A stretch of 62,909 bases of DNA, the filler included, from Licmophora abbreviata (Eukaryota): NCBI GenBank assembly GCA_900291995.1. It is 15 parts of 15 records of this genome, joined end to end, with 100 filler letters (N's around TTAATTAATTAA, not from the genome) between each part and the next. Parts side by side here need not be neighbours in the genome. Positions count along the whole stretch, not along the records: positions 11,116 to 24,939 come from OLMU01003801.1; 14 more parts are not named here. One strand, given 5' to 3'. Below, one piece after another: positions 11,926 to 22,656 of this stretch. The stretch's first letter is position 1; every line of letters begins with the position of its first letter. The position numbers and the translations under genes are program-made. The notes under the pieces are model-generated. The model saw only the letters and a program-made list of their open reading frames with translations, was not told where the DNA came from and searched no databases.

Positions 11926-12957
11926 ATGGCCAAGACCAATCCGGGCCGGTTTTTCGAAGATTACAGCGTCGGAGACGTGATCGCGCACGCCGTGCCGCGC
12001 ACGGTGTCGGGTGGGGAAAGGGCGCTTTATCATGCGCTTTATCCGGCACGTCACGCGCTGTATTCCTCGGATGAATTTGCTCGGGCGTGCGGCTTGAAGG
12101 CCAGCCCGATCGACGATCTGGCGGCGTTTCACGTGGTGTTCGGCAAGACGGTGCCGGATGTGTCGCTGAATGCGCTGGCCAATCTGGGCTATGCCGAGGG
12201 GCGCTGGCTCAGGCCTGTCTGGCCGGGTGATACGCTGCGTTCGACCAGCGAGGTGATCGGTCTTAAGCAGAATTCGAACGGGAAATCCGGTGTCGTCTGG
12301 GTGCGCACTCGTGGCGAGAACCAGCATGGCGAGACGGTGATGGAGTATGTGCGGTGGGTCATGGTGCGCAAGCGAGATGCCGCAGTGGTGGCCCCTGATC
12401 CTGTGACCCCCGATCTGAAACCGGCGCTTGCGGCGGCCGATCTGGTGGTGCCCGAGGGGCTGGATTTCACCGGCTACGATTTCGCGCTGGCCGGAGAGGC
12501 GCATCGCTGGGGCGATTATCAGCCCGGCGAGGTGATCGACCATGTGGATGGAGTCACCGTCGAGGAGGCCGAGCACATGATGGCCACCCGCCTGTGGCAG
12601 AACACCGCCAAGGTGCATTTCGATGCGACGCTGCGCGAGGATGGGCGGCGGCTGATCTATGGGGGGCACGTGATCTCGATGGCGCGTGCCCTGAGTTTCA
12701 ATGGTCTGGCGAATGCGCAGATGATCGTCGGTCTGAATGCGGGCGCGCATGCCAACCCGTGCTATAGTGGCGATACGATCAGGGCGTGGACCGAAGTGCT
12801 GGAGCGCGCCGAAACATCGGCGCCGGGGGTTGGTGCGCTGCGGTTGCGGCTGGTGGCCACCAAAGGCGGGGAGCCGTTCACGCTTAGGGGCGAGGATGGC
12901 AAATACCTGCCGCATGTGCTGTTGGATCTGGATTACTGGGCTTTGATCCCGATGTAA
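11926..12957 (+). CDS. mch: Mesaconyl-CoA hydratase (double MaoC hot-dog fold)
   Basis: KTNPGRFFEDY...PRTVSGGERALYHALYP; matches recalled Rhodobacter Mch. Confidence 0.9.
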   Translation: MAKTNPGRFFEDYSVGDVIAHAVPRTVSGGERALYHALYPARHALYSSDEFARACGLKASPIDDLAAFHVVFGKTVPDVSLNALANLGYAEGRWLRPVWPGDTLRSTSEVIGLKQNSNGKSGVVWVRTRGENQHGETVMEYVRWVMVRKRDAAVVAPDPVTPDLKPALAAADLVVPEGLDFTGYDFALAGEAHRWGDYQPGEVIDHVDGVTVEEAEHMMATRLWQNTAKVHFDATLREDGRRLIYGGHVISMARALSFNGLANAQMIVGLNAGAHANPCYSGDTIRAWTEVLERAETSAPGVGALRLRLVATKGGEPFTLRGEDGKYLPHVLLDLDYWALIPM

Positions 12958-13075
12958 GCCAGGGCGGTCCGATCCGACGCATTTGATGCAGGTCATAGCG
13001 CGCACCATTCATATATTGTTTTTAGAATATGAGTGCCTATGTTGCTGCAATGCATTTCGCAGTCGGAGCTGTCCC

Positions 13076-14059
13076 ATGTTCAAGACTTGGCCTTTCGTGC
13101 CGATCCTCGTTGCCGTTCTTGGAGCGGCGATGCCTGTTGCCGCCGACCAGATCACGCTTTCTCCAGTACAAGTGACCGACTGGAAGGCCGTCTATGGCCG
13201 GATCGAAACCCGCGACCGGGTGCCTGCACGCGCGAGGCTGGGCGGGACCCTGACCGAATTGGACGTGGCCGAGGGCGACCGGATCGCCGGTGGAGACCGG
13301 CTTGGCCGGATCGTGGATGAAAAGCTGGAGTTCCGGTTGAGGGCGATTGATGCGCAGATGCAGGCGGCGCAATCGCGGTTGGACAATGCGCAGACCGAAC
13401 TTGCGCGCGGTGAGGAGTTGCTGGAGCGTGGCGTGACCACCGTGCAGCGGCTGGACAGTCTGCGCACGCAGGTCAGCGTCATCAGCAACGAGATCGCTGC
13501 CGCCGAGGCCGAGCGCCGCGTGGTCGAGCAGCAGGTGGCGGAAGGGTCCGTCTTTGCGCCGGTCGGCGGTGTGGTTCTGGATGTGCCGGTCACCGTTGGC
13601 GCGGTTGTCACGCCGGGCGAAACCGTGGCGACGATCGGTGGGGGCGGGGTGTTCCTGCGTCTGGCGGTACCGGAGCGTCACGCCGGCAATCTGGTCGAGG
13701 GCGACGAGATTTTCACCGAAGGTCCGGACGGGCCGCGCACCGGGCGGCTGGCCAAGATCTATCCTCAGATCGAGAATGGCAGGGTGATCGCGGATGTCGA
13801 GGTTCCGGGACTGAGCGAACGCTATGTCGATGCGCGGGTGCTGGTGCGCCTGCCCCTGGCGCAGCGCGAGGCGCTGTTGGTGCCGGAGGGTGCTGTCATC
13901 ACCCGGTCGGGGCTGGATTTCGTGCGGGTTGCGACGGAGGCTGGGCCGGTGCTGCGCAGTGTCGTGATCGGCCCGCGTCATGAGCAAGAGACTGCGGCGA
14001 TGGTGGAGATCCTGACCGGGCTTGCGCCCGGCGATGTCGTGGTGACCGGTGATGAGTGA
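13076..14059 (+). CDS. RND efflux membrane fusion (periplasmic adaptor) protein
   Basis: Signal peptide, lipoyl-like halves flanking a coiled coil, EILTGLAPGDVVV C-terminus. Confidence 0.88.
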   Translation: MFKTWPFVPILVAVLGAAMPVAADQITLSPVQVTDWKAVYGRIETRDRVPARARLGGTLTELDVAEGDRIAGGDRLGRIVDEKLEFRLRAIDAQMQAAQSRLDNAQTELARGEELLERGVTTVQRLDSLRTQVSVISNEIAAAEAERRVVEQQVAEGSVFAPVGGVVLDVPVTVGAVVTPGETVATIGGGGVFLRLAVPERHAGNLVEGDEIFTEGPDGPRTGRLAKIYPQIENGRVIADVEVPGLSERYVDARVLVRLPLAQREALLVPEGAVITRSGLDFVRVATEAGPVLRSVVIGPRHEQETAAMVEILTGLAPGDVVVTGDE

Positions 14060-17000
14060 GCAGGATGATTTCGACCGGCCGCTTGGTCTTGCCGGGTGGC
14101 TGACGCGCGGGTTCATCACCTCGCCGTTGACGCCGCTGATCATCCTTGCGGCGCTGGCGATGGGGCTGATCGCGCTGGTCAGTCTGCCACGCGAGGAAGA
14201 GCCGCAGATTTCCGTGCCGCTGGTGGATATCCATATCCGCGCCTCGGGACTGAAGGCGGAAGACGCCGTGCAGCTTGTGACCGAGCCGATGGAAAACATC
14301 GTCAAGGCGATTGACGATGTGGAGCATGTCTATTCGCAGACGCGCGACGATGGCGCGATGGTGACGGCGCGGTTCGAGGTCGGCACCTCGGCGGATGCGG
14401 CGATCCTGAGGGTGCATGAAAAGGTGCGCGCCAATATGGACCGTATCCCCGTCGGCATCCCCGAGCCGCTCATCGTGGGGCGCGGGATCAACGATGTGGC
14501 GATTGTCACCCTGACCCTGTCGGGCAAGCCGGGGCAGGAGGTGAGTGCGTATGATCTGAGCCGGATCGCACGGGCGCTGCGCGGTGAGTTGACCAAGATC
14601 GAGAATGTCGGCCTGACCTATCTGACCGGTGAGGCGCAGGAGGCGATCCGGGTGGCGCCGGACCCCGAGAAGCTCGCGCTTTACGGGGTCACGCTGCAAC
14701 AGCTGGCGGGCAAGGTCGGGGCGGCGAACCGGGCCTTCAGCACCGGGCTTGTGCGCGATGGGGGCCAGCAGATCGACCTGATCGCGGGCGAGACGCTGAG
14801 TGATCCGGCGGTGATCGCCAAGCTGTTGCTGACCACCCGCGACGGGCGGCCTGTTTATGTCGGGGACGTGGCCGATATCGCCTTTGTGCCGGATATGTCC
14901 GAGCACACCGTGGCGCAGGTGAGCCGCACCGAGGACGGTGATCTGCACCGCGCGCCGGCGGTCACGCTGGCGCTGGCCAAGCGGGCCGGGGCCAATGCCG
15001 TGGTTGTGGCCGAAGAAATCCTGCACCGGGTCCACGCGCTTGAAGGTGAGCTGATCCCCGAAACGGTGGCGCTGTCGGTGACCCGCGATTACGGCGAAAC
15101 CGCCAATGAGAAGGCCAACGAGTTGCTGTTCCATCTGGGGCTGGCGACCGTGTCGATCATCGCGCTTGTGTGGCTGTCGATCGGCTGGCGCGAGGGAATC
15201 GTGGTGGCGGTTGTGATCCCGATGACGATCCTGCTGACATTGTTCGCGGCGTGGATCATGGGCTATACGCTCAACCGCGTCTCGCTTTTTGCGCTGATCT
15301 TTTCCATCGGTATCCTTGTGGATGATGCGATTGTCGTGATTGAGAATATCGCGCGGCACTGGCAGTTGGACCGGGCCAAGAACAAGGTAAGCGCCGCGAT
15401 CGAGGCGGTGGCAGAGGTGGGCAACCCCACGGTGGTGGCGACGCTGACGGTGGTGGCGGCGCTGTTGCCGATGCTGTTCGTATCGGGATTGATGGGGCCA
15501 TATATGAGCCCGATCCCGGCCAATGCGTCGGCGGCGATGATCTTTTCGTTCTTCGTGGCCGTGATGGTGACGCCGTGGCTCATGGTGAAGGTCGCGGGCA
15601 AGGATGGCGGCACGCATCATCAGGAGGGCGAGGGCGCCTTGGGGCGTTTGTATCGATGGGTGGCGGAGCCGATCCTGGCGACCAAGGCGCGCAGCTGGCT
15701 GTTCCTGTTGACGACGGTGGTGGTGTCTTTCGGCTCACTCGGCCTGCTTTACACGCAGGATGTCACCGTCAAGCTGCTGCCGTTCGACAACAAATCGGAA
15801 CTGTCGGTGGTGGTGGACCTGCGCGAGGGATCATCGGTCGAGGCGACGGATGCCGTGGTGCAGCAGGTGGCGCGGGTGGCGATGGACCTGCCCGAGGTGA
15901 TTGAGGCGCAGACCCATGCCGGCACCGCGTCGCCGTTCAATTTCAACGGGTTGGTGAGGCATTACTACCTGCGCGAAATGCCGGAGCAGGGCGATGTGCA
16001 AATCAAACTGGCGCCCAAGGACGACCGTGACCGCACCAGCCATGAGATCGCGCTAGACCTGCGCGAGAGGCTTGGGGCGCTGGACCTGCCTGATGGCGCC
16101 GTGCTCAAGACGGTGGAGCCGCCGCCCGGCCCGCCGGTTCTGGCCACGCTCTTGGCCGAGGTCTATGGCCCGGATGCCGAGACCCGGCGAGAGGTGGCGC
16201 GCAAGCTGCGCCAAGCCTTTGACGAGGTGCCGTTCATCGTCGATGTGGATGACAGTTTCGGGGAACAGCCGCGCCGGTTGCGGGCGACGATTTCGGCCGA
16301 TGACCTTGAGTTTTTCGGCGTGCAGGAACCTGATGTGTTCGACACGCTGAGCATCCTGAACGGGCAGACGGTCGTCGGCTATTCGCATCGCGGCGAGGGG
16401 CGTGATCCGATCCCGATCACCGTGGTGCAGGCCAAGGCCGACCGCGTGCTGGATCAGCGGTTCCTGTCGACGCCGATCCCGGCCAATGTCCTGCCGGGGC
16501 GCGGGGCGTGGTGGAATTGGGCGATGTCGTGCAGCTGCGCGAAGAGGTGGCATCGTTCCCGATCTTCCGGCGCAACGGGCGCGATCTGGAAATGGTCACA
16601 GCCGAGCTGGCCGGGGATTTCGAGGCGCCGCTTTACGGGATGCTGGCGGTGGCCGAGAAGATCGACGCGATGGACTGGCCCGAAGGGACCAAGCCGCAGA
16701 TCGCGCTGAATGGCCAGCCGAGCGATGAAAGCCAAGTCACGCTGCTGTGGGACGGGGAATGGGAGGTCACTTGGGTGACGTTCCGCGATATGGGCGCGGC
16801 GTTCGGGGTGGCGTTGCTGGGGATATACATCCTTGTGGTGGCGCAGTTCGGATCGTTTCGGGTGCCGCTGGTCATCCTGACGCCCGTGCCGTTGACCTTT
16901 ATCGGGATCATGCTGGGCCATTGGTTGTGGGAGGCGCCGTTTTCGGCGCCGTCGATGATCGGGTTCATCGCGCTGGCGGGGATCATCGTGCGCAATTCGA

Positions 17001-17251
17001 TCCTGCTGGTGGATTTCATCCGGCATACCGATCCTGCGGGCAAGAGCGATCTGGAGATCCTGATCGACGCAGGCGCGATCCGGTTCAGGCCGATTCTGCT
17101 GACGGCGCTGGCTGCGATGATCGGGGCGGCGGTGATCCTTGCCGATCCGATATTTCAGGGGCTGGCGCTGTCGTTGTTCTTTGGCCTGATCTCGTCCACA
17201 TTGCTGACGGTGCTGGTCATTCCGGCGATCTACCGGGTGTTCAAGACATGA
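14052..17251 (+). CDS. RND (AcrB/CusA-like) permease, split by a 1-nt frameshift at ~16496-16499
   Basis: PREEEPQI, GILVDDAIVVIENI, RNSILLVDF, RFRPILLT; ORFs 14049-16709 and 16508-17251 join if one G is added. Confidence 0.88.
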
Positions 17252-17260
17252 CGGCAGATT

Positions 17261-17401
17261 TGTGATCACGAAAGGCGGCGCTTACGCTCTGCCTTGCGGC
17301 TGACGGAAGAGACTCAGCGCGTCATCCTTCGAGATGTTTCAAGCGCAAAAGGTGTTTAGAACCCGCAATTTTGTGATCACGCGGTAATTTACGTGATCAC
17401 A
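17261..17401. promoter_or_regulatory. Three GTGATCAC boxes upstream of sdhC (AkgR-like operator)
   Basis: TGTGATCACG at 17261 and 17372, CGTGATCACA at 17392. Confidence 0.7.
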
Positions 17402-17546
17402 AATGCAAGATTCTGTCATGAATTGCGGGGAGAATCCGGGAATTGGGGCTGTGCAAAACCGTCTGGGGCGCTAAAAGATTCTCCGGAACGGATGCGGACT
17501 GCCCGAAGGTACGGACGCGCCGGAGACGACAACGAAGGGACTGACC

Positions 17547-17930
17547 ATGGCCGACGTGAACAGGGGCGAGCGCCCCCTTTCGCCGCATCTTCAAGTCTAT
17601 CGCCCGCAGATGACCTCGATCTCCTCGATCCTGACGCGGATCACGGGCAATGCCCTGATCGTCGGCGTGCTGCTGATCGTGTGGTGGTTGCTGGCGGCGG
17701 CGACAGGACCGGATTATTTCGCGATCGCGGATGCGGTTGTGACCTCGTGGTTCGGCGATCTGGTGCTGACGCTGTCGCTGTGGGCTATCTGGTATCATTA
17801 CCTGGCCGGGCTGCGTCACCTTTACTACGACGCGGGCAAGGGTCTTGAGATCGAAACCTCCGAGAAGCTCGGCTGGGCCTGCATCGGCGGTTCGGTCATC
17901 CTGACCGTCATCACGCTGCTTATCATCTGA
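17547..17930 (+). CDS. sdhC: Succinate dehydrogenase cytochrome b556 subunit
   Basis: RPLSPHLQVY, HYLAGLRHL. Confidence 0.95.
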   Translation: MADVNRGERPLSPHLQVYRPQMTSISSILTRITGNALIVGVLLIVWWLLAAATGPDYFAIADAVVTSWFGDLVLTLSLWAIWYHYLAGLRHLYYDAGKGLEIETSEKLGWACIGGSVILTVITLLII

Positions 17931-17943
17931 GGAAGGGCCAGCC

Positions 17944-18315
17944 ATGCGTTATCTGACTGCACGCAAGCGAGCCGAAGGACTGGGCGCGGCCCATTCCGGC
18001 ACCGAGCATCACTGGTACATGACCGTGAGCGCCGTTGGCCTTGCGCTGATCGTGCCGCTGTTCCTGTTCTTTTTCGGCCGCGCGCTTGGCGGCACCCACG
18101 ACGAAGTGACGGCGACATTCTCGCATCCGGCCATGGCGATCCTGACCTTGCTGGTCATTTTCGTGGGATTGCAGCACTTCCGCAAAGGTGCGCAGACCAT
18201 GATCGAGGATTATGCCCGCGGAATGACGCGCAAGGTGCTGATCATTGCCGTTACCGTTCTAAGTTACGGCTTGATTGCCACTGGCGTTTTTGCCGTGCTC
18301 AAGATCGCCCTTTAA
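17944..18315 (+). CDS. sdhD: Succinate dehydrogenase hydrophobic anchor subunit
   Basis: GLGAAHSGTEHHW, IEDY. Confidence 0.93.
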   Translation: MRYLTARKRAEGLGAAHSGTEHHWYMTVSAVGLALIVPLFLFFFGRALGGTHDEVTATFSHPAMAILTLLVIFVGLQHFRKGAQTMIEDYARGMTRKVLIIAVTVLSYGLIATGVFAVLKIAL

Positions 18316-18333
18316 GACCCGGAGTTGCAGATA

Positions 18334-20139
18334 ATGGCCGCTTACGAATACGAAACACACGATTATGACGTGGTTGTTGTCGGGGCCGGTGGCGCCGGCC
18401 TGCGCGCCACGCTCGGCATGGCCGAACAGGGCCTGCGCACCGCGTGCGTCACCAAGGTGTTCCCGACACGCTCGCACACGGTGGCGGCACAGGGCGGGAT
18501 CGCCGCGTCGCTGTCGAATATGGGGCCGGATCACTGGCAGTGGCATATGTACGACACCGTGAAGGGCAGCGACTGGCTTGGCGACACGGACGCGATGGAA
18601 TATCTGGCGCGCGAAGCCCCCAAGGCGGTTTACGAGCTGGAGCATTACGGTGTGCCGTTCTCGCGCACCGAAGAGGGCAAGATCTATCAGCGGCCCTTTG
18701 GCGGGCATACGACCGAATTCGGCGAAGGCCCCCCGGTGCAGCGCACCTGCGCGGCTGCCGACCGCACCGGTCATGCCATCCTGCACACGCTGTATGGCCA
18801 GAGCCTGAAGCAGAAGGCGGAATTCTATATCGAGTATTTCGCCATCGACCTCATCATGAGCGATGATGGCGCCTGCACCGGTGTGGTCTGCTGGAAGCTG
18901 GACGACGGCACCATGCATGTCTTCAATGCCAAGATGGTGGTTCTGGCCACTGGCGGTTACGGACGGGCCTATTTCAGCGCGACGAGCGCGCATACCTGCA
19001 CCGGTGACGGTGGCGGCATGGTGGCGCGCGCGGGTCTGCCCTTGCAGGACATGGAGTTCGTCCAGTTCCACCCGACGGGCATCTATGGCTCGGGCTGTCT
19101 GATTACAGAAGGCGCGCGCGGCGAGGGCGGGTATCTGACCAACTCGGAAGGCGAGCGTTTCATGGAACGCTATGCGCCCAACTACAAGGACCTGGCGCCG
19201 CGCGATTATGTGAGCCGCTCGATGACCATGGAAATCCGCGAAGGTCGCGGAGTGGGGCCGCATGGCGACCATATCCACCTGAACCTCAGCCACCTGCCGA
19301 AAGAGGCGCTGCAGCTGCGCCTGCCCGGCATTTCGGAAAGCGCGCGCATCTTTGCCGGTGTGGATGTCACGAAAGAGCCGATCCCGGTTCTGCCGACAGT
19401 CCATTACAACATGGGCGGCATCCCGACGAATTACTGGGGCGAGGTGCTGAACCCGACCAAGAAAGACCCCAACGCCATCGTTCCGGGCCTGATGGCCGTG
19501 GGCGAGGCGGGGTGTGCCAGCGTGCATGGCGCGAACCGGCTTGGATCGAATTCGCTGATCGACCTTGTGGTGTTTGGCCGTGCGGCGGCGATCCGTGCGG
19601 GCGATGTGGTTGATCGTGAGGCCGCGGTGCCGGCGACCAACGCGGCGCAGGTGGACAAGGCGCTGGATCGCTTCGACGGGCTGCGCCATGCGGACGGTGC
19701 CGTGCCCACGGCCGATCTGCGGCTCGAGATGCAGCGCACCATGCAGGACGACGCGGCGGTGTTCCGCACCTCGAAGACGCTGGCCGAAGGTGTTGAAAAA
19801 ATGACCGCGATCGCGGCCAAGATGGCTGACCTGAAGGTGACGGACCGTAGCCTCGTGTGGAATTCGGACCTGATGGAAACGCTGGAACTGACCAACCTGA
19901 TGCCCAACGCGCTGGCCACTATCGCTGGTGCCGAGGCGCGCAAGGAAAGCCGTGGGGCGCATGCCCATGAGGACTTCCCCGAGCGTAATGACACCAAGTG
20001 GCGCGTGCACACGATCTCAAGGGTAGATGGCGCCAATACGGCTCTAAGCTATCGCCCGATCATCGAGGCCCCCCTGACGACCGAAGAGCAGGGCGGCATC
20101 AGCCTGAAGAAGATCGCCCCGAAAGAGCGGACATTCTGA
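18334..20139 (+). CDS. sdhA: Succinate dehydrogenase flavoprotein subunit
   Basis: [16 protein letters not shown] covalent-FAD motif, [11 protein letters not shown]. Confidence 0.98.
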   Translation: MAAYEYETHDYDVVVVGAGGAGLRATLGMAEQGLRTACVTKVFPTRSHTVAAQGGIAASLSNMGPDHWQWHMYDTVKGSDWLGDTDAMEYLAREAPKAVYELEHYGVPFSRTEEGKIYQRPFGGHTTEFGEGPPVQRTCAAADRTGHAILHTLYGQSLKQKAEFYIEYFAIDLIMSDDGACTGVVCWKLDDGTMHVFNAKMVVLATGGYGRAYFSATSAHTCTGDGGGMVARAGLPLQDMEFVQFHPTGIYGSGCLITEGARGEGGYLTNSEGERFMERYAPNYKDLAPRDYVSRSMTMEIREGRGVGPHGDHIHLNLSHLPKEALQLRLPGISESARIFAGVDVTKEPIPVLPTVHYNMGGIPTNYWGEVLNPTKKDPNAIVPGLMAVGEAGCASVHGANRLGSNSLIDLVVFGRAAAIRAGDVVDREAAVPATNAAQVDKALDRFDGLRHADGAVPTADLRLEMQRTMQDDAAVFRTSKTLAEGVEKMTAIAAKMADLKVTDRSLVWNSDLMETLELTNLMPNALATIAGAEARKESRGAHAHEDFPERNDTKWRVHTISRVDGANTALSYRPIIEAPLTTEEQGGISLKKIAPKERTF

Positions 20140-20459
20140 TGCGTTTGAGCGCGGCCTGTCTTGCTTTTGTCACGCTGAGTGGCTGTCAGGCCACCAATCA
20201 GATGGCGGACGATTTCGCGAGAGAGCGGGCCAAGGGCGTGGTCAATACCGTGGTTGCAGACAGGTTTCCCGGTGTGAACGCCGCGCCAGTCACCGATTGC
20301 ATCATCGACGCTGCCTCGGCGCGCGAGATCGTCAGTATCGCCGGAGCCAGTGTCACCGGAGTGACCCCGGAGGTCGCGCAAGAGATTGTCGGCATCGCAC
20401 AGCGCCCGGAGGCCGTGCAATGCATCGCCGCAAATAGCCTGACCCTGCTGGGCGGCTGA
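20139..20459 (+). CDS. Small lipoprotein of unknown function inside the sdh operon
   Basis: TGATG overlap with sdhA stop; lipobox LSGC; two further Cys. Confidence 0.8.
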   Translation: MRLSAACLAFVTLSGCQATNQMADDFARERAKGVVNTVVADRFPGVNAAPVTDCIIDAASAREIVSIAGASVTGVTPEVAQEIVGIAQRPEAVQCIAANSLTLLGG

Positions 20460-20471
20460 AAGGAGTAGAAC

Positions 20472-21254
20472 ATGGTACAATTCAGATTGCCCAAGAACTC
20501 CCGCATGACGACGGGCAAGACATGGCCCAAGCCCGAAGGGGCCGGCAAGGCCGTGCGCAAGTTCCAGATCTATCGCTGGAACCCGGATGATGGTGCGAAT
20601 CCGCGTGTGGACACGTATTTCGTCGATACCGACGATTGCGGGCCGATGGTTCTGGATGCGCTGATCTACATCAAGACCAAGATCGACCCGACGCTGACGT
20701 TCCGCCGCTCGTGCCGCGAGGGGATTTGTGGGTCCTGCGCGATGAATATCGACGGGATCAACACGCTGGCCTGCATCTATGGCATGGATGAGATCAAGGG
20801 CGACGTGAAGATCTATCCTCTGCCCCATATGCCTGTGGTCAAGGATCTGATCCCGGATCTCACGCATTTCTACGCGCAGCACGCCAGCATCATGCCGTGG
20901 CTGGAAACCAAGACGAACCGCCCTGCGAAAGAGTGGAAGCAATCGATCGAGGATCGCGAGAAGCTTGACGGGTTGTATGAATGCGTGATGTGCGCAAGCT
21001 GTTCGACCGCGTGCCCGAGCTATTGGTGGAACGGCGACAAGTATCTTGGACCGGCGGCCTTGTTGCATGCCTATCGCTGGATCATCGATAGCCGTGACGA
21101 GGCCACGGGTGAGCGGCTGGACGATCTGGAAGATCCGTTCAAGCTGTATCGCTGCCATACGATCATGAATTGCACCAAGACCTGCCCCAAGGGTCTGAAC
21201 CCGGCCAAGGCGATTGCCGAGATCAAAAAGATGATGGTCGAACGCGCGGTCTGA
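20472..21254 (+). CDS. sdhB: Succinate dehydrogenase iron-sulfur subunit
   Basis: [32 protein letters not shown]. Confidence 0.98.
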   Translation: MVQFRLPKNSRMTTGKTWPKPEGAGKAVRKFQIYRWNPDDGANPRVDTYFVDTDDCGPMVLDALIYIKTKIDPTLTFRRSCREGICGSCAMNIDGINTLACIYGMDEIKGDVKIYPLPHMPVVKDLIPDLTHFYAQHASIMPWLETKTNRPAKEWKQSIEDREKLDGLYECVMCASCSTACPSYWWNGDKYLGPAALLHAYRWIIDSRDEATGERLDDLEDPFKLYRCHTIMNCTKTCPKGLNPAKAIAEIKKMMVERAV

Positions 21255-21277
21255 TCGGGCAGGACTGACGGACAGGG

Positions 21278-21304
21278 GCCCCGGCGCATCGCCGGGGTCT
21301 TTTC
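21278..21304 (+). terminator. Intrinsic terminator of the sdh operon
   Basis: GCCCCGGCG-cat-CGCCGGGGT hairpin followed by CTTTT. Confidence 0.7.
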
Positions 21305-21410
21305 GTTCTGGACATGCGGTGTCTGCATAACGTCTCTGCAACTCTGGCCGTTCAAGATCAGAGCCCAGAGGATTAGGTTGATGGCGAACATTCTGGAACG
21401 GAGAAAGATC

Positions 21411-21575
21411 ATGGCCCTCCCGGCACAACCGCAGCAGACAAAATCCCCCGAGATCCGGTCCGCGATCCGGAGCATGGCCGATTGGTTCGAGGTCTATTAC
21501 ACCCCCGAAGCGCCGGCGAATATCGTCGTTGCCCCCAATTTGGGTGCTCTGGAGCAGATGTACGCCTATTACTGA
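21411..21575 (+). CDS. Small hypothetical protein (54 aa)
   Basis: GGAG RBS before ATG; ends ALEQMYAYY. Confidence 0.5.
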   Translation: MALPAQPQQTKSPEIRSAIRSMADWFEVYYTPEAPANIVVAPNLGALEQMYAYY

Positions 21576-21586
21576 TCGGGTGCTGT

Positions 21587-21790
21587 TTGGTCATTGTTCT
21601 TGGTCTGATCCTGGCCTTTGTGCTGATCGTGATTTTCTCGAACCGGCGCACGCGGAGGTGCCGCTGGCGCGAGGACAGGCGCGCGGATCGGGACGGTATG
21701 AAGAAATTTCGCTGCATGGCCTGTGGCGCCGAGACCTTTACAACGACGGGAAAACCGCCTCTGGATTGTCTGGCTGACCAGATACGCTGA
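21587..21790 (+). CDS. Small membrane-anchored Cys-rich protein
   Basis: N-terminal TM helix, then CRWRED...CxxC...C; start codon uncertain. Confidence 0.55.
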   Translation: MVIVLGLILAFVLIVIFSNRRTRRCRWREDRRADRDGMKKFRCMACGAETFTTTGKPPLDCLADQIR

Positions 21791-21804
21791 CCAAGAGGCA
21801 TGAC

Positions 21805-22650
21805 ATGACCGAGCCTTCCGATGCCGCCGCCCGCCGCGCTGTAAAGCCGGTGATCTGCTATCCCAACGAGACGCTCCCGGTGCCTGATCTGACGCTTTAT
21901 GCGCAGGCCCGAAAAGCGGCTGTCAAGCTGGGCGAGGTGGTGGTGCCGCCGCGCGATGCGGCCTGTTTCCGGGTGAAGGCTGGGCAATTCTTCCGGATAT
22001 CATCGGTCGAGGGGCCGCAGGTGGGCGATCTGAACCTGTGGAACGCCGAGGATCTGTCGGAGCGGTTCTATTCCGGCAAATCCCGCGCGCTGCATGGAAC
22101 GCATCTGACGGTCGGAGAGCGGATGTGGTCCAGCTTTCCATATCTGCGACCGATGGCGACGATCGTAAAGGACACGCTGGATTGGTACGGGATCGACGCC
22201 TATGGCGGATCGGTGCATGATGTGATCGGCACGCGCTGCGATCCCTATACCGGCACTCTTCTGAGCGGGACGCAGTATCATCATTGCTGTCACTCCAACC
22301 TCACCCGCGCGCTGGCCGATGAAACGGGGCTGTCGCTGCACGAGGCCGAAGTGCATGTCCATGACGTGCTCAACGTGTTCATGTGCACGGGGTTCACCCG
22401 CGACACGGGACAATATTTCATGAAGGCAAGCCCGGTGCGGCCCGGCGATCACCTTGAGTTTTTCGCTGAAATCGATTTGCTTGGCGCGCTCAGCGCCTGT
22501 CCCGGTGGGGATTGTTCAAGCGAACATTCCAGCGACACGGCGCGCTGTCATCCGCTGCTTATCGAGATGTTCGAGCCTGCAACCGGTGCGCTGAGCGGGT
22601 GGTCGTCACCGCCCGTGAATGGCTATGATCGTACTCACGGGCGGGCCTGA
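21805..22650 (+). CDS. DUF1989 / urea carboxylase-associated family protein
   Basis: GPQVGDL, HDVIGTRCDP, CCHSNL, LNVFM, SACPGGD. Confidence 0.88.
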   Translation: MTEPSDAAARRAVKPVICYPNETLPVPDLTLYAQARKAAVKLGEVVVPPRDAACFRVKAGQFFRISSVEGPQVGDLNLWNAEDLSERFYSGKSRALHGTHLTVGERMWSSFPYLRPMATIVKDTLDWYGIDAYGGSVHDVIGTRCDPYTGTLLSGTQYHHCCHSNLTRALADETGLSLHEAEVHVHDVLNVFMCTGFTRDTGQYFMKASPVRPGDHLEFFAEIDLLGALSACPGGDCSSEHSSDTARCHPLLIEMFEPATGALSGWSSPPVNGYDRTHGRA

Positions 22651-22656
22651 GGCGGC

